Both the position numbers and the translations under genes were made by a program. DNA of 64,000 nt from Marsupella aquatica (lineage: Eukaryota; Plantae; Marchantiophyta): the NCBI GenBank assembly GCA_973895155.1, contig OZ316899.1:10505135-10569134 (forward strand). The letters run 5' to 3'. The notes beneath the pieces were generated by a model. It saw only the letters and a list, made by a program, of their open reading frames with translations. It was not told the origin of the DNA and did not search any database. Positions 13,548 through 26,180 of the stretch are shown piece after piece (within the stretch, counting starts at the first letter, position 1; every line of letters starts with the position of its first letter).

Positions 13548-13622
13548 GAAGCCAATGACTGTCAGCTGCTTAGGCAAGCACTCTGGGCGAGAGCAAATAC
13601 CGAGCATCAACTCAAGGAGGGC

Positions 13623-16600
13623 ATGAGCAACGTCAATCAAGCTGCTCATTTCTGGAAATGCATGTTTGAACGGGCAACTGAGTACATTGGGACCTACAAG
13701 GACGAAGAATCGGAAAGGGCAGCACGAGAACGGCAGGAGCTCGCTCGACTGTGGGAACTACAGAAGTCTGCCTTCCTAGGAGGAGAGCTCATCAAGGCTG
13801 ATTTCTTATGGACTCCTACTGCCAATCAGCTCGACGACCTTCTGTTTTGTGAGAACAAAATTGTAGGCATCCGGTAAGCCATCAACCGCTGCAACGATGT
13901 ACATTGGGACCTAAAGGGTAGCATGAAGGTGTGGACAAAGGCAACCATGCTTGGAGAAACATCCATAGCAGCCACCATGAAGAGGAAGGGGCCCAACAAC
14001 AAAGAGGCCACCCCCGTGAAGAGAACAAGGTCGGCGGCACCAACGAAGCTAGCCGAGCAAGGGAGCAGGAGGCAGGGGAAGCCAAAGAAGAGGAGGTCGA
14101 CCCAATCAATGTCGTTCCAACGAGGGATGACACCTGGAGGGGCTGGGTGGCGACCCTCCCAGAGGAAGTGCAATTGTACTTTGCACGAGAAGAGGATGCA
14201 TGCTTTACGGCTATGCAGAATTGGAAGTACCAAGGCTTCATGGTCGGATCCGGCTTGGAAGCCTTTGTGAGATTACCGTGGCTGAAGCGGAAGGTGCCGG
14301 ATTCTAACCTATTAGAAATTCGTGGGATCATGGGATCCCAAGACAAATTCCACAAGGGTGTATGGGAAGGATTTCTATCTCGATCACTCCCTAGGTGATT
14401 GCCAAAGTGTTTGGCATGCCGATGGGCAATAAGACCAAAGTAGATACCCGGAAGACCTTGCCAAACAAAGAGTTCAGATCGTTCCCAGGGCCATCAACGA
14501 AGAATGGCTTCTTTCGGAACACCTGCACCAACCCGTACATTGGGGAGATGATCAATTTCTTGCGGATAACCATGCACTGCAACCTGCCGAGGCCAGAGAT
14601 CGGCAAGGCACAGGTCTACCTAGCGGAGAGGCCGGACCCAAGCCGGGACTACAACGAGTACCTCCTCACCCAACTGAAGAAGATCTTGAAGGAGGAACAA
14701 CAAGTGACAAGGGAAGCGTGTCCCGGCTTGGCTATCACATGCCGTTGTTGTGCCGGTATGCCCAGAGTCGGATCTTTGCCCCAGTACTTCCCCTGCAGGC
14801 AAGGGCACCAGAGGAGGTGCCGGAACAGAGGCTAGCAGCAAAGAAACCTAACCAGCCCGACAGTCCTATGATCGAGCAAGTGTTTAGGCCGAGGACGGAA
14901 AACTTGCCGATGCAACAACCAGGCATACAAAATCTTCTGAAATCGTTGGAGAAGGAAAAGAAGGCTACTGCGGCAACGGCACCGGTACAGGTTATTGCTC
15001 AAGAGGCAGGCCTAAAACAACTCACAAGGGAAAACCCTTTACCGGAGCCAAGGAAAGAAGGATGCCGGAACACAAGCCGGGGGTACGGATGTATGTGGGA
15101 GCCGCAAGTCCAGAAACCAATGGAGAGCAACCCAAAGCTCTTGGTCGCGATGAAGAGAAGGAGAGGACAACCTGGGAGCCAGAGGAGGACCTAGGACCCG
15201 TGAGCTGTGTTTGGCAAGAGGCCGCGTTCACAGCAAGACCAGGAGAGGAGCGGGGGGAGCCGGTAGTCCAAGCCGAGGGAGGTGGTGGAGGACTACGACA
15301 ATGACAACTTTGGCTACGGGTCGGACCATCATGTCCCAGGAGTGAGGACATGTGGCCGCTTCATCCCCACGCTTCCTAGAGTAGTTTGAGGGGACCCCAA
15401 CCAGCAGAGCAGCCCCGAGTCTCCCCCACCAGATGTCTCTCCCTCGAGATTCAACGGGATGAAACAGATGGCACAGGAGTTGCAGGAGATACTCACGGAA
15501 CAAGAGGAGGCAACCGTGGCCAAAGAGAAGGATTTACCTGGGGGAGAATGGCCAGAGGACATCCGGCGGCTTGCAGAAAAACTTGCAGACTTTGCGGTGC
15601 GGTGCGGCAAGAAAAACTTGCACGCCAAGGAGGTGTAGGTCAACTGGATGCCGCTTAGTCTGATAACCAGATTATCAAGAATAAACTGACTCAGACCCAA
15701 GGGGAGCTGGCCAACGCGGTCAAGGAAAAGGAGAAATGGAAGCGGGAGCTGAAGGACGTAGAGGAGGCCCACATAGCAACCAGCAATCAGGCCATGGCGG
15801 AAACACAGAGGAAGGAGAGGGCACTGAAGGGGGAACTCGAGGATCTTTGCGGAGCCTTTGAGCAGAAGGAGGCCAAGTTAGGGAAATCCTATCAAGGGAT
15901 TATTGTGTTGCAGCAAGAGCTTGCATCCCTGACGGCCAGCTTCAAGGCCGACCTGCGTGAGAAGGATAATATGATCAATCAGACTTACACCAAGATGAAT
16001 CAAATGGAGTCTGAAGTTGTCCAAGAGCTCGACAAGGAGCTGAGAGCAACCCAGGAGAAGAGGGCTGCCTTAAGGAAGGAATTGGAGGAAGCACAAAAGG
16101 AGCTGGAGGAGGCGCACGGGGACCTGGATGAAACGCAGGAGGAGTTGGAGGAAAGCACGCGGAAGATAGAGAACTTACAACGGCGGGCCGACAACCAACC
16201 GGAGTGGCTGAAGAAACAAGCCATAGTGTTTAAATGCTTGGTCTCATCAATTCAATCTCCAATTGTGGCAACAAGGTTGCCAGGGGTAGTACTGTAGTTT
16301 GCCAGGGAAAACCAAAAAGCACAATTTACGGTCTTCCAACTCGGTATTCGATCCCATAAGGAACAAGTTGTAATGGATTGAGGGTTTAAACAAACTTTGA
16401 GTGGTTTAAAGAGCTCGGACTCAAAGCTCTATGGTCTCACAAAAATGCAAATTAACAAAAATGAGTCAACTAACAAAACACAAGCAAAAAGTATGCTTTT
16501 GGGGTATGAAGAGAGAGGCTGACATATGTCAAGGTTCCTTCCCTTCATCATTCTATAAGTGAGGACTTAAGATGGAGAACCCATCGCTTCTTTCTAGCTT

Positions 16601-17926
16601 GGAATGGCTACTAGAGAGTCATATTAAAATGCCGTCAACATGCATTTCCTTTCCTCAAGGGCGGGACTTGGAAATGGCTAATAGACTACTACTCCGACAT
16701 CCTTGCGGTTCTAAAAGAGATGAATGTCTGCATCATCGTTCACAAACAAAATCCAAAGTCTAGGTGCATCAAGAAATCTTAGCATCCTGTGCTCTAGCAA
16801 TTCTCTAACACAATAGCTTAACTCCAAAAGTTCAAAGATGAGGTCAAGTCACCAACATGACGGAATCTGTCGACTCGGGTCTTCAAAACATGAGTAATAC
16901 AAGGTTTTACTTTGAAGGTGTGGTGAAACAAACATCAACACCAAAGAAGGGAAGAAGACTCCTTAATACAACCTCGGCCATAGCCTAACATTCACTTAGC
17001 TCTAGGCTATTCCTAAGCTGACAAGGGACAAAGTTTGTCGGAGCAAACTTGCGGGTAACTTCTCCTTTCCTCCTCTCGGAACAAAGGAAGAACTTCAATC
17101 CCAACAAAGGAAAAACATCTAACCTATATAGTGGTAGAGACCAGAGTGAAGGTCTTCCTTAGTTATTTGGAGGGTGAAAGGGCATACCCTTTCATGCCTC
17201 AAACCTAAACTAAAACTAGCTAAAATGGTTTTTAACAAAAGAAAACAAAAATGTACTATCTAAGTTTGGTGAAGTTTGTTACCCCGGGAAAAATACTTCA
17301 TGAAGTCCAAGTAAGCTCTTGACAAAGTTGTGGGTCCATTTGAGGTCTGTAAGGTTTTCCTGTATGAGGGTTAAGTTGCTCATTGATTCATTAAGCTTGT
17401 CCAACCACTAAGTTTCCTAGTAAAAGGAATCAATAATGCAAGATGTGGTAATAGTTTTGGCATTTTGGGGTAAGCTCCCTTATCACAAGTACTGGCCGAG
17501 GGACAAGCCGCGGCACCCGCACTGGTGCCGGAGGTAATTGGCAAGGGAAGGGACCAGTTGCCGAACAAGGGAAGAAGAAGAAGCAAAAACCTTCCGGGTC
17601 AGGGAGCAATGCGGCTTCTCAGGCCACCATGACCAAAGAAGAGAGCACGGCACCGGCCTCAGGCAAGGTCACGGTAGAGGATTTGACTGTCCTAGAAAAC
17701 GAGGATGGCAAGGTCGAGGCCGGGATGACCATTGATGAAGCCGTGGTACGTAGCGGATCCACCACTAGAGCAGGCCGGGGAGGCCGAAGTCAAGGGTGGA
17801 CCCAGTCATGCCGCGGGAGAGTTAACTCGGTCTGGGGCAAGTAATCTGTTAGAGGACGGACCTACGGCAGTGGCTACGAAGGAAGCATTGGGGGTGTCCA
17901 TTGAGGATCAACCACCGCTACCATGA
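13623..17926 (+). pseudogene. LTR-A internal ORF: Transposase_32-like (plant transposon protein) domain plus coiled coil; degraded and interrupted by solo LTR 16293-17487
   Basis: Frameshifted ORF chain 13623-13877, 13931-14398, 14395-14835, 15794-16297. Reads LPGVV|LAEGQAAAP in frame across the insertion. Homologous to the LTR-B ORF (GLEAFVRLPW / IAKVFGMPMG / NGFFRNTC..P / PRPEIGKAQV). Confidence 0.65.
16293..17487. mobile_element. Solo LTR, family C (1195 bp)
   Basis: Termini TGTAG...TCACA, TSD AGTAC (16288-16292 and 17488-17492), AT-rich and non-coding. Confidence 0.85.
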
Positions 17927-18814
17927 CGGTGGTGGAGGGCCGGGAGGGCGGACGTGGAGGGAGGAGGCGTGAGTGGGCAGGGCGGGCGCAAATCTCCAAG
18001 TTTAGAATTAGGATCAGGACCAAGAGGCGGCCTTGACACTAAGATTAGTGGGATTGCGGATCCATTGGTAAGAGCAACACTTGTGCTCTTGCCTTGCTGT
18101 ACATAGGTATTGCAGTTAGGATAGATTAGGCTTACGCTACAAGGAATTAGGCGGATCCACTGCCAGGATAAGTACCTGGGCAGCGGGGAGTTTAGGGCCT
18201 TCTTCTTTAGCAAGTTTTTTGTGCACCAGCAGGGCTGGGATCAAGAAGTAAAAGAAGCTCTCGGTTAGTTATATAGTGACCCTTGTGTATATTCATGTTT
18301 CCTCATGCCTAAGAGCTGAATAGAGTTGGCCTTGCGGCTTAGTTTGCAGATCTTGTGTATGAGAAGTACTGCTTGTATGGCAAGTGCATGGTATAACTCA
18401 GTCAGAATGAGTCATTTTGCTATTTGTGTGTCACATTGACTTGTTTGAAGATTGCCCACATCAACCAAGAGAGAAGGGAAGTCAGCAAGGTAGTAAGAGT
18501 TGGATGTGTCAAGCTGAGAGAGGTCTTAGCGGCTAACCCAAGCCAATTGGGGATCATTCTGGCGGCGGAATCCAAACATACCTAAAGGGAGACCAGGAGA
18601 GGAAGACAAGGGAAGGCATAAATAGGCTGGCTACTTATCTCATGACCCGATGAAGGATCTGTCCAATATATGTGTGTAAAATGTTAGTAGAAGAGGATTA
18701 GCAGCGTCCCATGCCGATAAGCAGAGGAACGGGCCTCGCCAAGAACGAAACCTGCTGGAATCGGCTTGTGCAGGGGGGGTTTCTTGGGTTTAGGGAGCCA
18801 TGGGACGCACCACA

Positions 18815-19375
18815 CTTCTACTCAATTTTGAGAAGGCATTTGACAGAATCTCTCATTCCTACATCTGGGAATTGATGCACCTCTTGGGAATTGGAGGTCA
18901 TTTCATTAGCCTGGTCAGGTCTCTCCTCACACGCGCTACCTTGAAATCACACATCAGTGGTCTCTTCTCTAAAGATGTCAGAATGTTGAGGGGTGTCAGA
19001 CAGGGATGCCCTTTGTTGCCATTGCTATTATTTTGTGCTAGCAATGCAACCCTTGATGGACTATCTTGATTTGGAAATTGCATAGGATAGAATCCGTGGC
19101 GTCTGGATTACTGACTCCTTGATGATCAGCTATAGAATTTTTTCCGACAACCTGGGGATGTTCATTCCTGCCACCATCAAGGACTTTGAGGGAATAGAAA
19201 GGGCTTTGGAATGTTACAAGACTGCATTGGGTGCTAAAATCAATTTGCAATAGTTGATAATGATCCCATTAGCAATGAAGGAGATACCAGAATGGCTCAG
19301 GAGTACTAGATGTAAAATCTGTAGGAAAGGATAAATCCATAGATACCTTGGCACGCCTATGGGCTGGGAATTGAA
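18815..19375 (+). pseudogene. L1 reverse transcriptase, continuation after the 17-kb nested insertion
   Basis: Removing 1819-18819 restores in-frame KAKMLFLLLNFEKAFDRISHSYIW, followed by RGVRQGCPLLPLL, a FSDN (FADD-like) motif and RYLGTPMGWEL. Confidence 0.85.
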
Positions 19376-19464
19376 TAAAATTCTAAGTTTAGGGGCGTCC
19401 CCGCTCCACAGACCTCTTCCTACTAGTTTTATGGAGGGTGAAGTCTTCAACACGTAGAGGGACT

Positions 19465-20254
19465 TGTCACACCATTCCAGGTGGTATTGTAGTATATCAT
19501 ACTATCTAGGTTTGTACATTTTGTATGTGTGCTATATGAGCCAATAGGGTTCAATTTGGGTTTGTGTGGAGAGTAGTTCTCCTATTGTGAGGCATCAAAA
19601 TGTTATCTTTTGATGTTGAGTCTTGGAGAGGGGAGCTCAAGTTGTGGCTATGGAGTTTGAGAGCTCTCCTTCTATGTAACATTGATTCCTTGAGTGCAAG
19701 GTGCGTTGGGCTTGACATACGTGTGTGATGAGATTGGATGAGATTAATTGTGTATTGTTGGCATTGATTGCTGTTCAATTTCTATGAAGATCACATCAAA
19801 ATATGAGGCTCAACCTCTCTTGTACAGACGGTTTATTGATTGAGTTGTGATGGTTTGTGGTATCTTGTGTGTTGTGCTGCTTGATTGGATCGTTGGTATC
19901 TTGATCTGGTTGCAAGCTTGGTTATGGAGCAAATATGGAGGGTGGAGAGCAAGATTGAGGGGTACCAAAGTCCTTTCCCTCCATTTCCAAGGATTGAGTC
20001 CTACTAAAAGACAAGAGGCCCAAAGTGTTACATGGAATGGCTAGGATCTCTTAATCTTGAGTTAATCACATAAGTGAAGCCCCAATCTTCTTGGAAGTGT
20101 GTCCAGCCTTTTTGGAAGTGTAATCAACCAAAAATTAATGATATTTCAGTCCTTTCTCTCTCTCTTTTGAGCCAGTCCTTATTTCCTCCTTGGTACCCCT
20201 CAATCTTGCTTTCCATCGGAGTTGGAGAGTTTTGTTAGGCTATTGAGATTGACA
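19465..20254 (+). repeat. LTR-like sequence, family D (probable 3' LTR of an older gypsy element)
   Basis: Termini TGTCA...TGACA, preceded by purine-rich GTAGAGGGAC. The 5' part resembles 25457 onward (TGTCACACCATT..GTGGTA..TAGTATAT..ACTATCTAGGT). Confidence 0.55.
19941..20217. mobile_element. MITE-like insertion (277 bp)
   Basis: 28-bp terminal inverted repeats with 2 mismatches (GGTGGAGAGCAAGATTGAGGGGTACCAA), flanked on both sides by GGAG. Confidence 0.55.
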
Positions 20255-21187
20255 TCTGTATGCTACCCTTTTGCGGAGGGAGACAATGATTTGCAAAAGT
20301 CCATGATTTGGTGTTGATGTTGCAATCGGGTGATTGGACTAGAACTTATCACAGATGGTAGTGATTTGAAACCGGGAACTATCGTTGTGCCGCCAAAATG
20401 ATTGCACATTGTTTTATACATGTTGCAAAATCCCATTTCTAAGAAGGAAAGCATAGTCAGTGACCACAAATGTTGCCAAATTGTGCATCAAAATTGCGCA
20501 AATTTTGACAACATGCCAAACCAACCCAACTATATCACGTTTTTAGGAAGGAAAGCACAAACAAAACAATTGCAAATGTTGCCAAATTTTGAGGCATTGA
20601 GGCAACTTATGGTAGCTCGGGGCGAGGGGCATGAGGGCGGAGCAAGATTGGAGCGGGTGGGCCAATGGTACATGACGAGTAGTTTGCAAGCGATTGGATT
20701 TGGAGTGGTTATTTTGGTGCATAACTACAAGTGAGAAGTCACCCATCCCATTGCAACTATGTAGTTCTTAGATGGTGTTGTGTACACACATTCCTTTCCA
20801 CATTTGATGTCCAAGGAATGAACGTCTGAGGATTTTATGCACTTCTGAATCCATCTAGATACTCAGTTTGGACCCATTTGCAATGGATTCTTGGGTAATT
20901 TGACATTGAATTCTTGCGTGACCTATTATGCTCTACATTGAATTTGTGATGATCAAATTTCCTATGTGAAATTGCTTGTATTGTGGAGAGTTATTGTAAA
21001 TCCATTTGTTGTTGTTGGATCCTCTTCACACATGTTGCTTTTTTATGCACCATGTTAACTTTGTGTGGGCCCTTGATTTTATAGGAGTGATTCTGGTTTG
21101 CAACTAGACACTCTAGATGTCCTATGAATTTCCCCGTGGTGATGTTAGAGTGATGCCCAATACTCCATGGTGAGTGCTTGTTGTGGT
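20255..21187 (-). pseudogene. Possible highly degraded L1 ORF2 3' region
   Basis: Only weak minus-strand remnants (KGPHKVN, RSFLGHQMWKG, a Cys/His-like zf-RVT trace). Confidence 0.3.
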
Positions 21188-21192
21188 GACAT

Positions 21193-24100
21193 TGTCACGT
21201 CATCGGCTGCGGCCTTAACTCGGACTTCAGCTTAGACGGGCACATCCCTCGTAAATCTGAGGGTTCGGGCAGGAAGGGAAGCACGTAATGCACCTTATTC
21301 TCGTAAACTAGCGCTAAGTGCGCATACTGCTAAATACGGACACCTCCTAGGTATGGTTTGTGTTCCGCCGCCGGAACGTACCTTAGTTGATAGCAGGATC
21401 GACCCCGGCTTAAGGACTTCTAAGCCTTCATGCTGTCTGCCTTCGATCTGGATTCGATGATACAGGTCCTCAACCCGTGCTTGCAACCACTTACCCGCAG
21501 GCTGCACCCTGTGCACGTCTCGGGTAGTGCGTTCGGCCTGGCGCTGCCACCCATATACAAGAAACCCACACACATACACACGCACATGCATACAATCTCG
21601 ATTTACACGAAGGAAAATGATGGGAAAGGATTTTACTACAAAGGGAACATATGCGTACACTTAGTTGACCCGACAGCCCCGGAATGAACAGGTTCAAGGC
21701 CGAGGGTGCACACTACAACGGAGCCCGGCTCCGCACTCGCCCGGCGAGCTTAGTCCTACCCCCTCCCCTTGGTACTCTTTCATTCCCAGAGGTCGGGACT
21801 CCCCGCACATACCGCGGATGCCCAACTTTGCAACTAAAACCCCCCCCCCTCGACTCTACCGAGGGGTGCACTAAATACTAAGGGCCGAGGGACGGGGTGT
21901 CCTCTCGCCGAAGATTCACTGACTACGGTCCTAACTAAGCTGACAGTCAGGCCGGAAATGGTTGTGTCTTATTAGAAGATCCTAATCTATGCAGGCTGGA
22001 CAGCACGGCAGCGAAGCTGTACCTAAGGCAGGTGCCTGTCCCAAGAGCCTGACTAAGCTAGTCCTAATCCTACTCTATTCCTACTCCACCGCTAATGCCT
22101 GGCACGCTTGCCAGAGCCACCTGAATGGGAGCGGCCATCCCGCTGCCTTCGAAGCCTGTCATTGTCCGCCTTGAGGAGCTGGACCTGGTCCAACAGAGAT
22201 TCGTTCTCTCGCCTCGCCGCGTCCGTCTCCTTCGCTGCCTCCTGACAAGCCTCCTCCAACTGCTGGGCGTCACTTGTCAGTTTACCCGCCAGCTGGTCCT
22301 GCTTCTCGGCCTTGGTTTGGAGTCGCGCCACCTCGGCCTGCAGCGTGGCTATCTTTGTCGTGTCCCGCTGGGCCCGTTCCTCGGCCTCCTCCAGGTCTTT
22401 CTGCCAGGTGACAGTTTGATTCTTCAAACTGTCAATCTGGTTCCGGAGTCGTGTAATCTCGGCTTCGTTCCCAGCTTTGGCCTGTTCGGCTAGGGCGGTA
22501 AGAGCGTGCGCCTTTGCTAACAACTCATCGGCGGCTGCAACCTTGGATTGTAGTTGCCGAAGCTCAGCCTCTTGAGCCGCAACTTCGTTCTTTAGGTACA
22601 CGGACTCCACCCGGTACTGCTCTATCCTCTGAAGGGCCTCTGACTGGGCCCGACCTGCCTTTACTGCGGCAACCAACTCCTGATTGAAGAAACAGGCTAC
22701 CTTCCGGGCCATGAACTCCCCAGTATCCCGGGCAATTTGATGAGAGAAATCTCCCAGAAGCCCGTTCAGAAATGTACCCGGTACAAAGAGTTCCGGGTGG
22801 TCCAGGTTGTGCCTGTCCGGAGTTGGGCACGGGCAGACGTCCACACGCGCGGGGGCCGGGGCAGTGACGTCCAGCCCTGGGGACGTAACGTTGGAAGGGG
22901 CTGGAGCGTCCTCCTGTAGCAATGTCCGGTTCTCCGGAATAGCCACCGGTGGGTCTTTGGGAGAACCGGGCTCGGGTAAGACCTCCGCCGTACCGACTTC
23001 TATACTTAGCCCGGCCTGTTGGGTCGCATCAACGGTTGCAACACCCGACCCATCCGGTACCTCCTCGGTTATGACTATAGCTACTTGTGGAGGGGGTGGG
23101 TGAAGCTGGCGTGTCCGCTGGACTTCGGGCCTCGGGCTGGGGCCGTCTCTCCAAGGCCGGGAAAACCCACCTAGCTGGGACCAGCTTTGTAACGTTGACA
23201 CGGGGAAGGGTTCGTCGATCAAACCGGGCGTACCACTCAAGAATGATCTCGATGTGGCTAGCAAAATATGCCTTCCCGCCAATGTACAGCGTCTTCCTTC
23301 GCCGCTCCATCTCTTCATGGAATTTCTTAGCGAAGTACGACGCCCACCTCCTAGGTCGATAGTTCTCGACCTGGATAACCTGGGCGGCGGAGATCTCCCC
23401 CCGGGGTTCCATCATGTGGAGGCCGTACCTCTGGAACTCCAGTCGCTCAGCTATCTCGGGGATGAGGCAGGTTTTCATCACGAACCCGTTGTCCACTGCT
23501 CCCTCTGAGGGAAAACTTGAAGATTGGTACTTGGCTCCCTTGCCCCCGGGAGCCCGTGATTGGACTCGATGGTCACCTTCGGGTAACCCGAAGATCATCC
23601 TGAGCCGTTCTTCCGTGAGGGACATACTCCTTCCCCGTAGCCGAGTATGTTGACGCGCGTCGTCATAATTCCTGATGAACTCCGTCATGTCCTCCCCGTA
23701 GTACCTGCAAGTGTTCCAGGGGAGGGAGGCGAGGTGCTCGAATCCCTGAGTCTTCAGGTACACCGCATGCTTGGGATGGAGGATGTTTTTGTGAACGTTT
23801 TCCCCCATGCGGTGCATCGTCACCTTGGCCACGGCTACCGTGGCCAATGGTAACCCGGATGCAGTGGCGGATTCCTTCCTCTTCTTCCCCCGTGACTGGC
23901 TTGGGGAAGGTGACACCTCCCCATCCTCCCGATCGGGCCTGGGTAGTGCTACTGCCGTTAGTAACGGGCCCGGGTCGGCCACGGTCACCATGTTGTCTGT
24001 CGGGGCCGCTCCTGGGGTCAGAGCAGGGGGTGGGGACGATATAGTATCGGCCCCCTGAGCGCTTGTTCCTCTGGGCCGCCTGGTCAAGGGTAGGGTAGCC

Positions 24101-25193
24101 TCGTCGTCATCGCTAAGATCCACAGCGTTGATGATGGAGCGTACTTGTGCTGGCTGGGCGATCGGTGGTGGGGTTTGGCTAGGCTGCGGCTGAGGCTGAA
24201 GCTGAAGCTGAGCCTGAGGTTGTACGGGTACGGGTACGGGTACAACTGAGTTGGTCATGTTGGTTGTTGGCCGAGCTCCTATGAAGCTCTGTAGGTGCTG
24301 GTAGAAGTTCTCCGAAGCGAGGGCAGACGACCTTGTCGAACGGGTAGTGCTGGACTCGCTGTTGATGATAGCCCGAACCTGAGCAGGGATGTGGTCGAAG
24401 TGATGTCACTGCAAGTCGATCGTACCCGGGATATTGAAGACCTCATCCGGAAGCCGAAGCAATGCTTCCCAGAACCCGATATATTTGTCTCCGTTGAAGA
24501 AGTACCCGGATACCTCTGCTGGTCGGTAAAGCTCGCTCTGAGACGGGTAGTCAAAGTTAAGGATGTAGTGGTATCGTCCTGCTAGGCGGATGGCTCGCTC
24601 GTACTCGCGTTCTATTTTGTATCGGCGCGGGTTGGCGTGTTTCAATGAGTTGGCCAAGTGCCTCCCTGTAGATAGGAACTGCGTCCAGAATCGAATGGCC
24701 GAGCTGGAGAGGATCGTGTGCGACATTCAGAGGAGATAGTAGTGGCGACTTAGAGCGAACGAGAGAGATGGGGTCGAAGCTGGCGCGTGGACTGATGGAC
24801 TGGTGCACTACAAAGGGTTGGCTCCCCTTTTATACTTTGAGGGCTTGTCGATCCCCCGACGTCTCCTCGACGCCCATAGGCTGAACCGTTCATGCTTGTG
24901 GTGTGCCGGCCACTCTGCCGGTCTGAGTCAGCGCGTGTCAGTGGCCGCTTCCTTAAGTTCGTTATACGGACCCGAGGGAGGGGCCCCTCCACGCTCGTAA
25001 CCCGGGTGTGTGAATAGCGACCAGCCGCCAGTCCGAACCTGAATTCCCCCTTATTGCCTAATGATATCCTACCCATAATGATTACCTAAATACTGTCGTT
25101 ATGCTAATAATAGCGGTCTAAGACACTCCTAACGCGCGTGCCGAGCGCAGTTAGACCGAATCACTCATTAACCGCCATACCGGCGGCGTCACA
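21193..25193 (-). mobile_element. Solo LTR of family B, diverged subfamily (4001 bp)
   Basis: Termini TGTCAC...GTCACA, TSD GACAT (21188-21192 and 25194-25198), colinear with 2123-6088. Confidence 0.93.
22092..24726 (-). pseudogene. LTR-encoded ~875-aa protein, second full-length copy
   Basis: ORFs 24406-24726, 23029-24258 and 22092-23318. Same start (MSHTILSSSAI) and same end (GKRARH*) as the 3018-5614 copy. Confidence 0.78.
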
Positions 25194-25456
25194 GACATGA
25201 ACAAATTGCCCCACTAGGGTTACACATAGAGTAGTTGATGGTCACGGTTTGGAGTAGATTGGTCATCAAGGATTCTTCTGGTGTTGTGGGGCTACTTGTG
25301 GATGATAGACCAGTTTCACTAGGAGTTGGGGGTCCAATTTTGGCCAGCGATATTGGAAGCAGCCAACAACACAACTTCAAACAATGACTTAATTTGACAA
25401 GGATTCAAGGACCGGTTCTCCTCATCATCAAGTGGTTACACTATTGCTAAGGGATG

Positions 25457-26180
25457 TGTCACACCATTTAGAGTGGTACTATAGTATATTGTACTATCTA
25501 GGTATAGAGGTTTGTTTGTGTACTATATTAGAATTTAGTGTTAGTTGGTGTTTGTGTGAGGGATAGTTATCCCCTTGTGTTGGCTCAAAAGCCTCATCTT
25601 TCAATGTTGAGCCTGTGAGGCTATGAGCATTTGAGCACAAGCTTTGGTGGCTATGGTGTGGCTGACCAGGTTGTGTGCTGCATGTAATAAGGATTCCTTG
25701 AAGCACAAGGTGCATTGGGATTGACATATGTGTGTGGTTGCATTGGGCAAGATCATTGTTGGATTGGCACCGATTAGTGTTTGATTTTGAGTCAAGATCA
25801 TTGTGGGTTTTGGACATGTTTGGACATGGGTTCCATTTGTACTCCATTCTCTTATGTGTATGATGTTGGATTGTGACTATGCTTGGATGTGTGTGACAAG
25901 TAATGTATGTTGTGTAGCAATGTGTATGCGCGTGATGATAGATATGGACAAGATGTATGGGGCTACAAGGGCCCGAGGAGGTACTTTGGTGCAATGGGGA
26001 CCATCAATTTGGTTGACTTTATCCAAGCGTTTGATACGTGGTGCAATATGTAGACATTGCGTAATGCCACGTGATTTACCCCTTTCATGGCATGGAAGGG
26101 ATTATTTTAGCATGTAGAGGGGTCATCCGTAAATGACTACTATTAGTTTTTGAAAGACTCATTTGGTTGAGATTGAGGCA
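25457..26180 (+). repeat. Second, diverged LTR-like copy of family D (right boundary approximate)
   Basis: Similar to 19465 onward over the first ~300 bp. Confidence 0.45.

Larger units (their letters stand above)
1819..18814 (+). mobile_element. Long solo LTR, family A (about 4.37 kb after removing two nested insertions), containing a coding region
   Basis: Termini TGTGATGC...GCACCACA with a 5-bp TSD CTTCT (1814-1818 and 18815-18819). No gag/pol of its own. Confidence 0.8.
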
